Numbered from the stretch's first letter, positions 28,457-38,332 are shown. The stretch: 64,000 bases of DNA from Alphaproteobacteria bacterium (GCA_965205265.1 CBDBGH010000003.1:2496001-2560000), one strand, 5' to 3'. Program-made: numbers and translations. Notes: generated from the letters alone by a model not told the origin.

Positions 28457-29226
28457 ACCCGCTGGCCGCCATCGGCCGGGCCTTTCTCGCCCTGCTGGAG
28501 GCGATGGGGTGCCTGGTGCTGTTCGCGGGCGCCGCGGTGTCGCACATCGTCCGCCCGCCCTTCTATCCGCGCGTGCTGCTGCGCCAGATGGTCGATATCG
28601 GCTACTACTCGCTGCCGGTGGTGGCGCTGACGACGCTGTTCAGCGGCATGGTGCTGGCGCTCCAGAGCCATACGGGCTTTGCGCGCTTTTCGGCCGAGGG
28701 CGCGGTCGCGGGCGTGGTCTCGCTCGCGATCACGCGCGAACTCGCGCCGGTGCTGGCGGGCCTCATGGTCGCCGGGCGGGTCGGCGCGTCCATGGCGGCG
28801 GAGCTCGGCACGATGCGCGTCACCGAGCAGATCGACGCGCTCTCCACCCTCTCGACCGACCCGATGAAATATCTGGTGGCGCCGCGCATCCTCGCGGGCT
28901 TCGCCATGCTGCCGCTGCTGGTGCTGGTCGGCGACATCATCGGCATATTCGGCGGCTATATCGTCGGCATCTACAAGCTCGATTTCGCGCCCGCCGCCTA
29001 TATCGACCAGACATGGCGGTTCGTCGAAGTCCACGATGTCGCGACGGGGCTGGTCAAGGCCGCGGTCTTCGGTTTCCTCGTCTCGCTGATGGGCTGCTAT
29101 CACGGCTACCGCTCGGAGGGCGGCGCGCAGGGCGTCGGGCGGGCGGCGACGGATGCGGTAGTCTCCTCAGCCATCCTCATCCTGGTGTTCAACTACATCA
29201 TCACCGAACTGTTCTTCGCCAAATGA
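28453..29226 (+). CDS. mlaE: MlaE-family ABC transporter permease
   Basis: RELAPVL and AELGTMRVTEQIDAL motifs; TTG start. Confidence 0.9.
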   Translation: MNPLAAIGRAFLALLEAMGCLVLFAGAAVSHIVRPPFYPRVLLRQMVDIGYYSLPVVALTTLFSGMVLALQSHTGFARFSAEGAVAGVVSLAITRELAPVLAGLMVAGRVGASMAAELGTMRVTEQIDALSTLSTDPMKYLVAPRILAGFAMLPLLVLVGDIIGIFGGYIVGIYKLDFAPAAYIDQTWRFVEVHDVATGLVKAAVFGFLVSLMGCYHGYRSEGGAQGVGRAATDAVVSSAILILVFNYIITELFFAK

Positions 29227-30002
29227 GCGGCGCGGGCGAACCGAAGATCCGCATCCGGGGCCTGCACAAGGCCTTCGGTGCGAAACGCGTGCTGCAGGGC
29301 GTCGATCTCGATGTCGGCGCGGGCGAGTCGGTGGTCGTCATCGGCGGGTCGGGCACCGGCAAGTCGGTCACGGTCAAATGCGCGCTCGGCCTGGTCGAGC
29401 CGGACAGCGGCAGCATCCTGATCGACGGGGTGGAGTCGGTCGGGCTGAAGGGCGCGGCGCGCGAGGCGGTCAATGCGCGCATGGGCATGCTGTTCCAGGG
29501 CGGCGCGTTGTTCGACAGCCTCTCCGTCTGGGAAAATGTGGCCTTCGGTCTGGTGGCGGCCGGAGAGAAGTCCCGCAGGGAGGCGAAGCCGGTCGCGCTG
29601 GACACGCTCGCCCAGGTCGGCCTCGGCCCCGAAGTCGGCGAGCTGATGCCGGCGGAGCTTTCCGGCGGGATGCAGAAGCGCGTGGCGCTCGCCCGCGCCA
29701 TCGCCGCCCGGCCGGACATCGTCTTCTTCGACGAGCCGACCACGGGCCTCGACCCGATCATGGCCGATGTCATCAACGACCTGATCGTCGAATGCGTGCG
29801 CGAGCTGGGCGCGACGGCGCTCTCGATCACCCACGACATGGCCAGCGTGCGCAAGATCGCCGACCGCATCGCCATGCTGCATGACGGGCGGATTGTCTGG
29901 TCGGGGCCGGTCTCGGAGATCGACGAGAGCGGCGATCCTCATGTGGACCAGTTCATCCACGGCCGCGCGACCGGGCCGATCCGCATGGCGGTGCGCCGGT
30001 GA
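29223..30002 (+). CDS. mlaF: MlaF-family ABC transporter ATP-binding protein
   Basis: GGSGTGKS, LSGGMQKRVALAR and DEPTTGLDP motifs. Confidence 0.9.
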   Translation: MSGAGEPKIRIRGLHKAFGAKRVLQGVDLDVGAGESVVVIGGSGTGKSVTVKCALGLVEPDSGSILIDGVESVGLKGAAREAVNARMGMLFQGGALFDSLSVWENVAFGLVAAGEKSRREAKPVALDTLAQVGLGPEVGELMPAELSGGMQKRVALARAIAARPDIVFFDEPTTGLDPIMADVINDLIVECVRELGATALSITHDMASVRKIADRIAMLHDGRIVWSGPVSEIDESGDPHVDQFIHGRATGPIRMAVRR

Positions 30003-31375
30003 GCCGCAAGGACCGCAGCTATGTCTGCCAGACCTGCGGGGCGGCGGCTCCGCTCTGGTCGGGGCGCTGCGCAAGCTGCGGGGCGTGGAACAGCCTTGTC
30101 GAGGAAGCGGCGGCGCCGGCCGCCGCCGGGCGGGCCGGCCGGAAGCTCGACCTGGTGCCGCTCGACGCGGCGCCGCCTCCCGTCGAGCGCCGCGCCACCG
30201 GCATCGCCGAGTTCGACCGGGTGCTGGGCGGCGGGCTGGTGCCGGGAAGCTGCGTGCTCATCGGCGGCGACCCCGGCATCGGCAAATCCACGCTTTTGCT
30301 GCAGGCAGCTGCGAAGCTGGCCGTCCGCGGCCATGACTGCCTCTATGTCACCGGCGAGGAAGCGGTCTCGCAAATCGCCATGCGGGCGCGCCGCCTCGGC
30401 ATGGCGGATGCGCCCGTTGCGCTTGCGGCCGCCACGGCGGCGGGCGACATCGCGGCCACCCTCTCCGAGCGGGGCGAGGTGGCGGTGGTCGATTCGATCC
30501 AGACCGTGCATCTCGACGGCCTCGAGTCGGCGGCCGGCTCGGTCGCCCAGGTGCGCGCCTCCGCCCAGGCGCTGATCGAGGTCGCCCGGCGGCGCGGGGC
30601 CGCGCTGCTGCTGGTCGGCCACGTCACCAAGGACGGCGCCATAGCGGGCCCGCGCGTGCTGGAGCACATGGTCGATACCGTGCTCTATTTCGAGGGCGAG
30701 CGCGGCCACCATTTCCGCATATTGCGCGCCGTGAAGAACCGCTACGGTGCGACCGACGAGATCGGCGTGTTCGAGATGACCGACCGGGGGCTCGGCGAGG
30801 TCGCCAATCCTTCTGCGCTGTTCCTCGGAGACCGGCAGGACGGCGCCGCGCTCGCCGGCACGGCGGTGTTTGCGGGTGTCGAGGGCGCGCGCCCGCTGCT
30901 GGTGGAAATCCAGGCGCTGGTCGGCCCGCCCGCCGCCGGCTCGCCGCGCCGGGCCGTCGTCGGCTGGGACGCGGGCCGGCTCGCCATGGTGCTGGCCGTG
31001 CTGGAGGCCCGCGCCGGGATCGCGCTCGGCGGGCGCGACATCTATCTCAATGTCGCGGGCGGGCTGCGCATTTCCGAGCCGGCGGCCGATCTCGCCGTGG
31101 CCGCCGCGCTCGTCTCCTCGCTCGAGGGCGCGGCCGCGCCGGCCGGGAGCGTGTGGTTCGGCGAAATCGGGCTCACCGGCGAGGTCCGCCCGGTCGCGCA
31201 TGGCGACACGCGGCTCAGGGAAGCGCGGAAGCTCGGCTTCGAGACCGCCGTCATGCCCTCGGCAAGGAAGCCCGCCGGAAGCGGCGGGCTGCGCATCGAG
31301 ACGATCGGCCATGTCGCGGAGGTCGCCGCCAGGCTCGGCGCGGGCCTCCCGGCCGAGAGGCGCGCGCGCGCATGA
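29999..31375 (+). CDS. radA: DNA repair protein RadA/Sms
   Basis: C4 zinc finger, GGDPGIGKST, KNRYG and Lon-like C-terminal domain. Confidence 0.96.
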   Translation: MSRKDRSYVCQTCGAAAPLWSGRCASCGAWNSLVEEAAAPAAAGRAGRKLDLVPLDAAPPPVERRATGIAEFDRVLGGGLVPGSCVLIGGDPGIGKSTLLLQAAAKLAVRGHDCLYVTGEEAVSQIAMRARRLGMADAPVALAAATAAGDIAATLSERGEVAVVDSIQTVHLDGLESAAGSVAQVRASAQALIEVARRRGAALLLVGHVTKDGAIAGPRVLEHMVDTVLYFEGERGHHFRILRAVKNRYGATDEIGVFEMTDRGLGEVANPSALFLGDRQDGAALAGTAVFAGVEGARPLLVEIQALVGPPAAGSPRRAVVGWDAGRLAMVLAVLEARAGIALGGRDIYLNVAGGLRISEPAADLAVAAALVSSLEGAAAPAGSVWFGEIGLTGEVRPVAHGDTRLREARKLGFETAVMPSARKPAGSGGLRIETIGHVAEVAARLGAGLPAERRARA

Positions 31376-32040
31376 CCGATATCTACACGCTCGACCTCGC
31401 GCTCTTCGCCGTCGTCGTCGGCTCGGCCATCATCGCCTATCTGCGCGGTTTCGTGCGCGAGGTGTTTTCGCTCGCAAGCTGGATCGGCGCGGCGGTCGTC
31501 GCCTGGCTGGCCTTCGCGCCGCTCACCGCCCTGTTGTCGCAATATCTGCAGCCTGCGGTGCTGGCGCGGATCGCGGCCGGCGCGGGCGGGTTCCTCGCCG
31601 CACTGGTGCTTCTGTCCCTCATTGCGGGACGGATAGCAGGGCGGGTGGAGCGGTCCAGCCACAGCGCGCTGGACCGCGCGCTCGGCTTCCTGTTCGGCAT
31701 CGTCAGGGGTGCCGTCATCATCTGCGCGCTCTACCTCGTGGGCACGCGGCTCGTGCCGCCCGACCACCAGCCGGGCTGGGTGCAGGACGCGCGCAGCATC
31801 CCCCTGGTGGCAGCGGGCGCCCGGGAGATCCAACGGCTCCTGCCCTCCGGCATTGCCGATTACGGCACCACGAAGGCCGACCGCATCCAGCAGGAGATCG
31901 ACCGGATCGAGGCAGGCAAGCGCCTCTACGAGAAGCTGGAACGGCCCGAGGCGGAGCCGGAAACGGCTGCAAAAACCCCGCCCAAGGGGTATAACGAACA
32001 GGAACGACGCGGCCTCGACCGCCTGATCGAGGGCAACTAG
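31372..32040 (+). CDS. cvpA: CvpA (colicin V production) family protein
   Basis: RGFVRE and LDRALGFLFGIVRG motifs; position between radA and purF. Confidence 0.9.
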   Translation: MTDIYTLDLALFAVVVGSAIIAYLRGFVREVFSLASWIGAAVVAWLAFAPLTALLSQYLQPAVLARIAAGAGGFLAALVLLSLIAGRIAGRVERSSHSALDRALGFLFGIVRGAVIICALYLVGTRLVPPDHQPGWVQDARSIPLVAAGAREIQRLLPSGIADYGTTKADRIQQEIDRIEAGKRLYEKLERPEAEPETAAKTPPKGYNEQERRGLDRLIEGN

Positions 32041-32055
32041 CGAGGGGAGGCCCGT

Positions 32056-33510
32056 TTGCGAGCCGTCCACCCCTTCGACGACGACAAGCTGCATGAGGAA
32101 TGCGGGGTGTTCGGCATCGCCGGCCATGCCGATGCGGCCGCGCATACCGCGCTCGGCCTGCATGCCCTCCAGCATCGCGGCCAGCAGTCCGCCGGCATCG
32201 TCTCCTCGGACGGCGAGCAATTCTACAGCCTGCGCGGGCCGGGCCAGGTCAGCGAGACCTTCGGCAATGAGGAGGCGATCGAGCGCCTCCAGGGCGCCAT
32301 CGCCATCGGCCACAACCGCTATTCGACCACGGGCGCGCCGGTGGCCCGCAACATCCAGCCGCTGTTTGCGGATTTCGCCTTCGGCGGCGTGGCGGTGGCG
32401 CATAACGGCAACCTCACCAACGCGCTCTCGATCCGGCGGAGGCTGGCGGGCATGGGCGCGCTGTTCCAGAGCACGACCGACACCGAGGTCATCATCCACC
32501 TCATCGCCCGCAGCCGGAAACAGATGCTGGCGGACCGGCTCGTCGAGGCGCTCGGCGAGGTCGAGGGCGCCTATTCGCTCGTCGCCATATCGCGCAGCAA
32601 GCTCTTCGGTGTCCGCGATCCCCACGGCGTGCGCCCGCTGGTCCTCGGGCAGCTCGGCAAGGCCTGGATCCTCACTTCCGAGACCTGCGCGCTCGACATC
32701 ATCGGGGCCGACTATGTCCGCGATGTCGAGCCGGGCGAGATGGTGGTGGTGGACGGAGGTCGGGTCGAATCGCATTTCCCCTTCGCTCCGACCCGGCCCC
32801 GGCCCTGCATCTTCGAGCTCATCTATTTCGCCCGGCCCGACAGCGCCGTGTTCGGCCGCAGCGTCTATGAGGCGCGGATGGAAATCGGGCGCGAACTGGC
32901 CCGCGAGGCGCCGGCCCCGGCGGATGTGGTCGTGCCCGTGCCCGATTCCGGCGTGCCTGCCGGCCTCGGCTATGCCCAGCAGGCCGGCCTGCCGTTCAGC
33001 CTCGGCATCATCCGCAACCACTATGTCGGGCGCACCTTCATCGAGCCGACGCAGCAGATCCGCCATCTCGGCGTGCGCCTGAAGCACAATGCCAACAAGG
33101 CCGTTCTGTCCGGCAAGCGCGTCGTGCTGGTGGATGACAGCATCGTGCGCGGCACCACCTCCACCAAGATCGTCGAGATGGTGCGCAATGCCGGCGCGGC
33201 GGAAGTGCATATGCGGATTTCCAGCCCGCCCACGACCCATTCCTGCTTCTACGGCATCGACACGCCGCACCGCGACACGCTGCTCGCCGCCCGCTTCGAC
33301 CTGGAGCGGATGCGGCAAGAGATCGGCGTCGATTCGCTGGCCTTCGTCAGCCTGGACGGCCTCTACCGCGCGCTCGGCGAGGACGGCGGGCGCGGCAGGG
33401 CGCCGGCCTTCTGCGACGCCTGCTTCACCGGCGACTACCCGATCGACCTGCTCGACCGGCGGGACGGATCCGCCGCCGGCCGGATGTCGCTCCTCGACGA
33501 ACTCGCCTGA
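32056..33510 (+). CDS. purF: Amidophosphoribosyltransferase
   Basis: EECGVFG, QHRGQ, HNRYST and VDDSIVRGTT motifs. Confidence 0.97.
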   Translation: MRAVHPFDDDKLHEECGVFGIAGHADAAAHTALGLHALQHRGQQSAGIVSSDGEQFYSLRGPGQVSETFGNEEAIERLQGAIAIGHNRYSTTGAPVARNIQPLFADFAFGGVAVAHNGNLTNALSIRRRLAGMGALFQSTTDTEVIIHLIARSRKQMLADRLVEALGEVEGAYSLVAISRSKLFGVRDPHGVRPLVLGQLGKAWILTSETCALDIIGADYVRDVEPGEMVVVDGGRVESHFPFAPTRPRPCIFELIYFARPDSAVFGRSVYEARMEIGRELAREAPAPADVVVPVPDSGVPAGLGYAQQAGLPFSLGIIRNHYVGRTFIEPTQQIRHLGVRLKHNANKAVLSGKRVVLVDDSIVRGTTSTKIVEMVRNAGAAEVHMRISSPPTTHSCFYGIDTPHRDTLLAARFDLERMRQEIGVDSLAFVSLDGLYRALGEDGGRGRAPAFCDACFTGDYPIDLLDRRDGSAAGRMSLLDELA

Positions 33511-33519
33511 GCGCCGCGG

Positions 33520-34224
33520 GTGCCGGAATCGAAGCCGCTCGACGGCCGGGTCGCGCTCGTGACCGGCGCCTCCGGCGGGCTTGGCCGGGCGGTTGCGGTG
33601 CGGCTGGCGGCGGCGGGCGCGCATGCCGTGCTGCTTGCCCGCACGGTCGGCGGGCTGGAGGAGACCGACGACGCGGTGCGGGCCGTAGGCGGACAGGCAA
33701 CCCTTTGTCCACTCGACCTCACCGCCCCCGGAGATCTGGAACGCGCGATTTCCGCCCTCGGCACACGGTTCGGGCGGCTGGACATCCTCGTGTCCTGCGC
33801 CGCCGCACTCGGCACGCTCGGGCCGGCGCACCAGATTGCCGACGAGGCCTGGCGCCGCGTGCTCGACACCAATCTTACCGCCGCCATGCGCCTCATCCGC
33901 GCCGTGGACCCGCTGCTTCGCAGCGCGTCGGCGGGCCGCGCCGTCTTCGCGACCGGCTACCCCGCCGCCCGCGCCTATTGGGGCGCTCACGCCGCCAGCA
34001 AGGCCGCGCTGGAGGCGCTGGTGCTGGCCTGGGCGGCGGAAACGGTGCGCACGGCGCTCCGGGTCAATCTCGTCGATCCGGGCCCGATGCGCACGCGGCT
34101 GCGCGCCGCCGCCTATCCGGGCGAGGACCCGGCCGCCCTGCCCCCGCCCGACGCGGCAGCGGACCTCATCCTCGGCCTCGCCTCGCCGGACTGCACGGCG
34201 CACGGGCAGGTCCTCAGCCCTTAG
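33520..34224 (+). CDS. SDR family oxidoreductase
   Basis: TGASGGLG; YWGAHAASK (catalytic Tyr position replaced by His); conserved position after purF. Confidence 0.85.
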   Translation: MPESKPLDGRVALVTGASGGLGRAVAVRLAAAGAHAVLLARTVGGLEETDDAVRAVGGQATLCPLDLTAPGDLERAISALGTRFGRLDILVSCAAALGTLGPAHQIADEAWRRVLDTNLTAAMRLIRAVDPLLRSASAGRAVFATGYPAARAYWGAHAASKAALEALVLAWAAETVRTALRVNLVDPGPMRTRLRAAAYPGEDPAALPPPDAAADLILGLASPDCTAHGQVLSP

Positions 34225-34256
34225 TGCGGTATCCGGCCGATATGAAACGGGCGGCG

Positions 34257-34459
34257 GCCCTTCGATACGCGCCCGCTGGCGCGGGCGCTACTCAGGGTAA
34301 GGGACAGGAGGGGGCGGCGCGGGCGCCAATCAGGTTGAGGGACAGGAGGAAGGCGGAACTCCGGGACCTCCCTCATCCCGAGTAGCGGCGCCAGCCGCGT
34401 ATCGAGGGCCTGTCCTGAGCCTGTCGAAGGGGACGGCCGGACTTCCGTTTCAGCCTGAA
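34257..34459. repeat. REP-like mosaic containing a ~90-bp unit duplicated at 37539-37627
   Basis: CTTCGATACGC...CTACTC paired with GAGTAGC...GCGTATCGAGGG, followed by CCTGTCCTGAGCCTGTCGAAGG. Confidence 0.8.
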
Positions 34460-34472
34460 AGAATCCCCGTGT

Positions 34473-34760
34473 TTATCGGCGTCCGGTGGCGTCGTCGCGC
34501 CGGGCAGCCTCCGGCAACCGGTCTTCGGGAGCCGGCGGCTGGCCGCCGTCACGGAACAGGATGCGCCGCGCTTCCTCGACATCCGCCCTGGCGCGGCGTT
34601 CGGCGAAGAACTCGGCAGTGCGCATTGCGGAGAGTTTTTCCGCAACGGCCAGCGCGATGAACTGGTTGATGCTGGTGCCGTCCTTGCGGCTGGCCTCTGC
34701 AACGGCGTTTTTCAAAGACACCGGCAGACGCAACGCGAAATTGGCGGTCCGTGACTTCAT
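34473..34760 (-). CDS. Ribbon-helix-helix antitoxin (HicB-like C-terminal type)
   Basis: FALRLPVSL...GTSINQFIALAVAEKLSA. Confidence 0.8.
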   Translation of the reverse strand: MKSRTANFALRLPVSLKNAVAEASRKDGTSINQFIALAVAEKLSAMRTAEFFAERRARADVEEARRILFRDGGQPPAPEDRLPEAARRDDATGRR

Positions 34761-34852
34761 GGCGGCATCTTTCCCAATGCTTCCGCGGGGTTCGGCAGGT
34801 CAATGTCGAACTGCGCCGCGCCGTGCTGGAAGTGAAGCCGGTAGAACGTCAT
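34757..34852 (-). pseudogene. C-terminal remnant of a PIN-domain toxin
   Basis: MTFYRLHFQHGAAQFDIDLPNPAEAL resembles PIN tails (VTFNxxDF...FGI.v..P.EAL); overlaps the antitoxin start. Confidence 0.5.
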
Positions 34853-35871
34853 CAGCGCGCGCGGCCCAGGGCGTATTCGGCCCAGTCCGGCAGCCCGGCG
34901 CGGATATAGAGGCCGGCGGCGTCCCGGTAGAGCCGGCGCGCCCTTGCGGGGTCGGTCGCAAGGCTCGCCCGCGCGAGCGCGACATTGGCGCGGCCGCGCA
35001 CCGAGACCGCCTTGAGGTAGATCGCATGCGCCTCGTCCAGAAGGCGCGCGGCCTCCTCGCGCGCGCCGCTCCCCGCCTTCACCGAGGCGAGGCCGACCAG
35101 CGCATTCGCCTCCCCGATCCTGTTGGCGAGGCCGGCAAACAGCCGCCGGGCGTCGAGATAGCGCCGTTCGGCGCGCACCAAATCCCTGCGGGCGAACGCC
35201 ATGTCGCCGAGCCCGTGCAGCGCATCCGCCTCCCGCCGCGCGTCGCCCAGCATGGCGAAGGCGTCGCGGGCCTGCCCGTAGGCGCGCTCGGCATCCGCCG
35301 CCCGTCCCGCACCCCGGGCGGCAAGCGCCTCGTCGAACGCGGCGTCGGCTTCCGCAGCGGAGACGGCAGGGCGCATATCGGCTGTCGGGCTCTCCCCGGC
35401 AGGCTCCCGCCCGGTCCGGACCTCTTCGGCCGCCGGCGCGGCGGCGCCTTTCGTAATGTTCGCCGCGTTCGGCGCGGCGGCGCCAGCGCCGCCTTTCGTA
35501 ATGTTCGCCGCGTTCGGCGCGGCGGCGCCAGCGCCGCCTTTCGTAATGTTCGCCGCGTTCGGCGCGGCGGCGCCAGCGCCGCCTTTCGTAATGTTCGCCG
35601 CGTTCGGCGCGGCGGCGATGGCCGGGGCGGTATCGGGGCGGCCGGAGAGGCCGCGATGCGCCACCACCTGCATCAGCGCCGCGCCGAGCAGCAGCACCAG
35701 GGCCGCGGTGAAGGACCGCCGGCCCACCCAATGGCTCCAGCCGCGCTCCCGCCTGGCGAGCAGCCCGGCATAGACCAGCAGCAGGTGGATGCAGCCGAGC
35801 GCGAGCAGGCCGAGGCCGCCCGCCACCGCCAGCCATGCGGCGTGCCGGAGCGTTTCAGCGGCTTCGAACAC
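34852..35871 (-). CDS. Membrane-anchored TPR-like protein with a low-complexity repeat linker
   Basis: Two N-terminal TM segments; repeated A..F..lgD...EA.AL..LG helices. Confidence 0.7.
   Translation of the reverse strand: MFEAAETLRHAAWLAVAGGLGLLALGCIHLLLVYAGLLARRERGWSHWVGRRSFTAALVLLLGAALMQVVAHRGLSGRPDTAPAIAAAPNAANITKGGAGAAAPNAANITKGGAGAAAPNAANITKGGAGAAAPNAANITKGAAAPAAEEVRTGREPAGESPTADMRPAVSAAEADAAFDEALAARGAGRAADAERAYGQARDAFAMLGDARREADALHGLGDMAFARRDLVRAERRYLDARRLFAGLANRIGEANALVGLASVKAGSGAREEAARLLDEAHAIYLKAVSVRGRANVALARASLATDPARARRLYRDAAGLYIRAGLPDWAEYALGRAR
35444..35617. repeat. 45-bp in-frame tandem repeat, about 4 copies (GAAAPNAANITKGGA)
   Basis: TCGTAATGTT recurs at 35451, 35496, 35541 and 35586. 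Confidence 0.95.
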
Positions 35872-36064
35872 CGCGCTCTGCGCTTTCTGTTCTTGTCATG
35901 GGGCAGAGGGGCCTGTTTCCGCACAGGGGGCTGCGATTATGCCGTTCCGGCCCGGCCCGCCGCAACCGCACTGTCATGCAGGGCGCCCGGAACCGCCTGT
36001 CCCGCCCTTGCGCTCCGGCCCGCCCCGGACGAACATCGGCGCCGGAAAGAGGGAGGGCAAGGCC

Positions 36065-37060
36065 ATGCCGCGCATCGGAGTCGCATTCTCGGGCGGGTTG
36101 ACCGCAACGGAAATCGCCGACTGCGCCGAGCGGGCGGAGGCGCTGGGATACGAGTCGGTCTGGGTTGCGGAGGGGCATGGCGGCGACCAGTTCGCCATCC
36201 TCGCGGCCTGCGCGCTGCGCACGAAGCGCGTGCGCCTCGGCACCGCCATCACCAGCGTGTTCGTGCGCACCGCGCCGACGATCGCGATGGCCGCCGCGGC
36301 CGTGGACGAGCTTTCCGGCGGCCGGTTCGTGCTGGGGCTCGGGTCGAGCCACAGGGTCCAGGTCGAGCCCGAGCACGGGGTGGCGTATTCGAGGCCCCTC
36401 GGCCGCGTGCGGGACACGGCCGCGGTGGTGCGCGGACTGCTCCGCGACGGCGAGGTTGCCCATGAGGGCGAGACGATCCGGATCGAGCGCTTCGACCTCT
36501 GGTTCCGGCCGTTCCGGAACGACGTCCCGATCTACCTCTCCGCGCTTTTCCCGAAGATGCTGGAGCTTTGCGGCGAGGCGGCGGACGGGCTGATCCTGAC
36601 CCGGAGCACACTGGAGACGGCGGAGCGGGCGCGCGCCCATGTGGCCGCCGGGGCCGCCCGCGCCGGGCGCGACCCCGCAGAGGTCGAGATGACCTCGCTG
36701 CTGCCGACGAGCGTGGCGGCCGACCGGCGCGAAGCCTTCGCCGCCGCCCGCCCCGGCCTTGCCTTCTATGCGGGCTTCTTCCCCCGCTACAACCGCCTGA
36801 TTGCCGAAAGCGGCTTTGCCGAGGAAGCAGACGCCATCGCCGCGGCCTGGGCCGCGGGCGACCGGGCGGCAGCGGAGCGCGCCGTCACCGACGCGATGAT
36901 TTCCGCGACCGGCGTCGCCGGCGAGCCGGGCGAGTGCCGGGAGCGGCTGGACGCCTACCGGGCCTCGGGCCTCGACCTGCCGATCATCAGCCCCTTCGCG
37001 CGGGGGCCCGGCGCGAAGGAGAAGTTCCTCGCCGCCATCGAGGCCTGCGCGCCCCGGTAG
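36065..37060 (+). CDS. LLM-class flavin/F420-dependent oxidoreductase
   Basis: SVWVAEG, LGTAI, LSGGRFVLGLG and CGEAADG motifs. Confidence 0.88.
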   Translation: MPRIGVAFSGGLTATEIADCAERAEALGYESVWVAEGHGGDQFAILAACALRTKRVRLGTAITSVFVRTAPTIAMAAAAVDELSGGRFVLGLGSSHRVQVEPEHGVAYSRPLGRVRDTAAVVRGLLRDGEVAHEGETIRIERFDLWFRPFRNDVPIYLSALFPKMLELCGEAADGLILTRSTLETAERARAHVAAGAARAGRDPAEVEMTSLLPTSVAADRREAFAAARPGLAFYAGFFPRYNRLIAESGFAEEADAIAAAWAAGDRAAAERAVTDAMISATGVAGEPGECRERLDAYRASGLDLPIISPFARGPGAKEKFLAAIEACAPR

Positions 37061-37069
37061 CGCGGCTGC

Positions 37070-37630
37070 CGGCCCGGACCCGATCCCGACGCAATACCTT
37101 GCTGTCCGGTTCAGCTATTGGGCGGGGCCGAACGGGAGTCCGCCGGGGGTTTCGGGGGCGCCCGGCGTCTGCGATCCGCCCCTTGCCCGTGAGGCCCGAA
37201 CGCCCCCCTTCGACAGGCTCAGGGCAGGCTCTTCCGTCATGCCCGGAACAAGTCCATGGCTGTCCGGTTCAGCCATTGGGGGGAGCCGAACGGGGTGTCG
37301 GGAGCGCACTGCGTCTGCGATCCGCCCCTTGCCCGTGAGGCCCCAACGCCCTCCTTCGACAAGCTCAAGACAGGCTTCTCCGTCATACCCGGACTTGTTC
37401 CGGGTATCCATACGGCCGCCCCGGGAGAAGCGGTGGAGGGAGATGCCCGGAACAAGTCCGGGCATGACGATATGGGGGCGGGTATGACGGGAATAGGGTG
37501 GGCATGACGATATTGGAGGACAGGGCTCCTGGAAAAGTCCCTCATCCCGAGTCGCGGCGCAGCCGCGTATCGAGGGCCTGTCCTGAGCCTGTCGAAGGGG
37601 ACGGCCGGACTTCCGTTCCGGCCTGAAGGG
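37070..37630. repeat. BIME-like mosaic of REP-type repeats
   Basis: Imperfect tandem ~140-bp units (37101-37240 and 37259-37388), family A doublet at 37381-37469, CCTTCGACAxGCTCA units and the 37539-37627 composite. Confidence 0.8.
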
Positions 37631-37636
37631 GGCGCC

Positions 37637-38062
37637 CTACCGCCCTTCGGCCCAGGGGTCGATGAGCGCCGCGCCCGTCGGCTCGAAATCGGCGCGGTTG
37701 CCGGTGACGACCGTCATCCCGTGCACGATGGCCGTGGCGGCGATCAGCGCATCGCGTTCGGCGCGCGGGTCGGGCACATGCAGCCGCGCGCATTGCAGCG
37801 CGACGGCGGCATCGACCGGCAGGGTGCGCCCCTCGAATTCGGGAAGCACATGGCGGTCCATCCAGCGCCGCAGCAATGTCCCCTGGCCGGCGTCGCGCCG
37901 CTCGACCCGCAATATGCCGATCTCCAGTTCCATGAGCGTCAGGGCCGAGATGTAGAAGCGCGCCGCATCCTGCGCGGCAATCCACGCCGTGACGCGCGCA
38001 TCGGCCCTGCCGTCGCCGAGCTTGCGCAGTTCGGAGACGACATTCGTGTCCAGCAGGAACAT
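37637..38062 (-). CDS. vapC: PIN-domain toxin (VapC/StbB type)
   Basis: LLDTNVVSE, ELEIG, DALIAATA and VTGNRADF motifs. Confidence 0.9.
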   Translation of the reverse strand: MFLLDTNVVSELRKLGDGRADARVTAWIAAQDAARFYISALTLMELEIGILRVERRDAGQGTLLRRWMDRHVLPEFEGRTLPVDAAVALQCARLHVPDPRAERDALIAATAIVHGMTVVTGNRADFEPTGAALIDPWAEGR

Positions 38063-38316
38063 CAGGAAAGGTCGGCCGCCCGGCGTTCGATGTCCGCGCG
38101 CGGCGGGTCGAACCCGATATCGGCCAGCCCCGGCATGGAGAGCGCGTCCAGCAGGCTGCGGGGCCTGCCGGCCAGACGCCGGTAGTCCTCGATGGAGAGC
38201 AGCACATGCGCGGGCCGGCCCCGGTCGGTGATGAAAACGGGCCCCGCCTGCGCGGCCCTCTTCGCGCGGGCGACGTCGCGGTTGAATTCGCGGCTGGTGA
38301 CGGTCGCGATGGCCAT
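38062..38316 (-). CDS. Phd/YefM-family antitoxin
   Basis: VTSREFN...GPVFITDRGRPAHVLLSIEDY. Confidence 0.9.
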   Translation of the reverse strand: MAIATVTSREFNRDVARAKRAAQAGPVFITDRGRPAHVLLSIEDYRRLAGRPRSLLDALSMPGLADIGFDPPRADIERRAADLS

Positions 38317-38332
38317 GGCGGGCTCTCCGGTC

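Noticed and set aside
31042-34203. 1053-aa minus-strand ORF, and similar long antisense ORFs such as 39659-43078 and 18992-21661
   Set aside because: These are shadow frames of well-supported genes in high-GC DNA; they are Arg/Pro/Ala-rich with no motifs.
35444-35617. Regularly spaced repeats resembling a CRISPR array
   Set aside because: The units are contiguous and identical with no unique spacers, lie in frame inside a CDS, and no cas genes are present.
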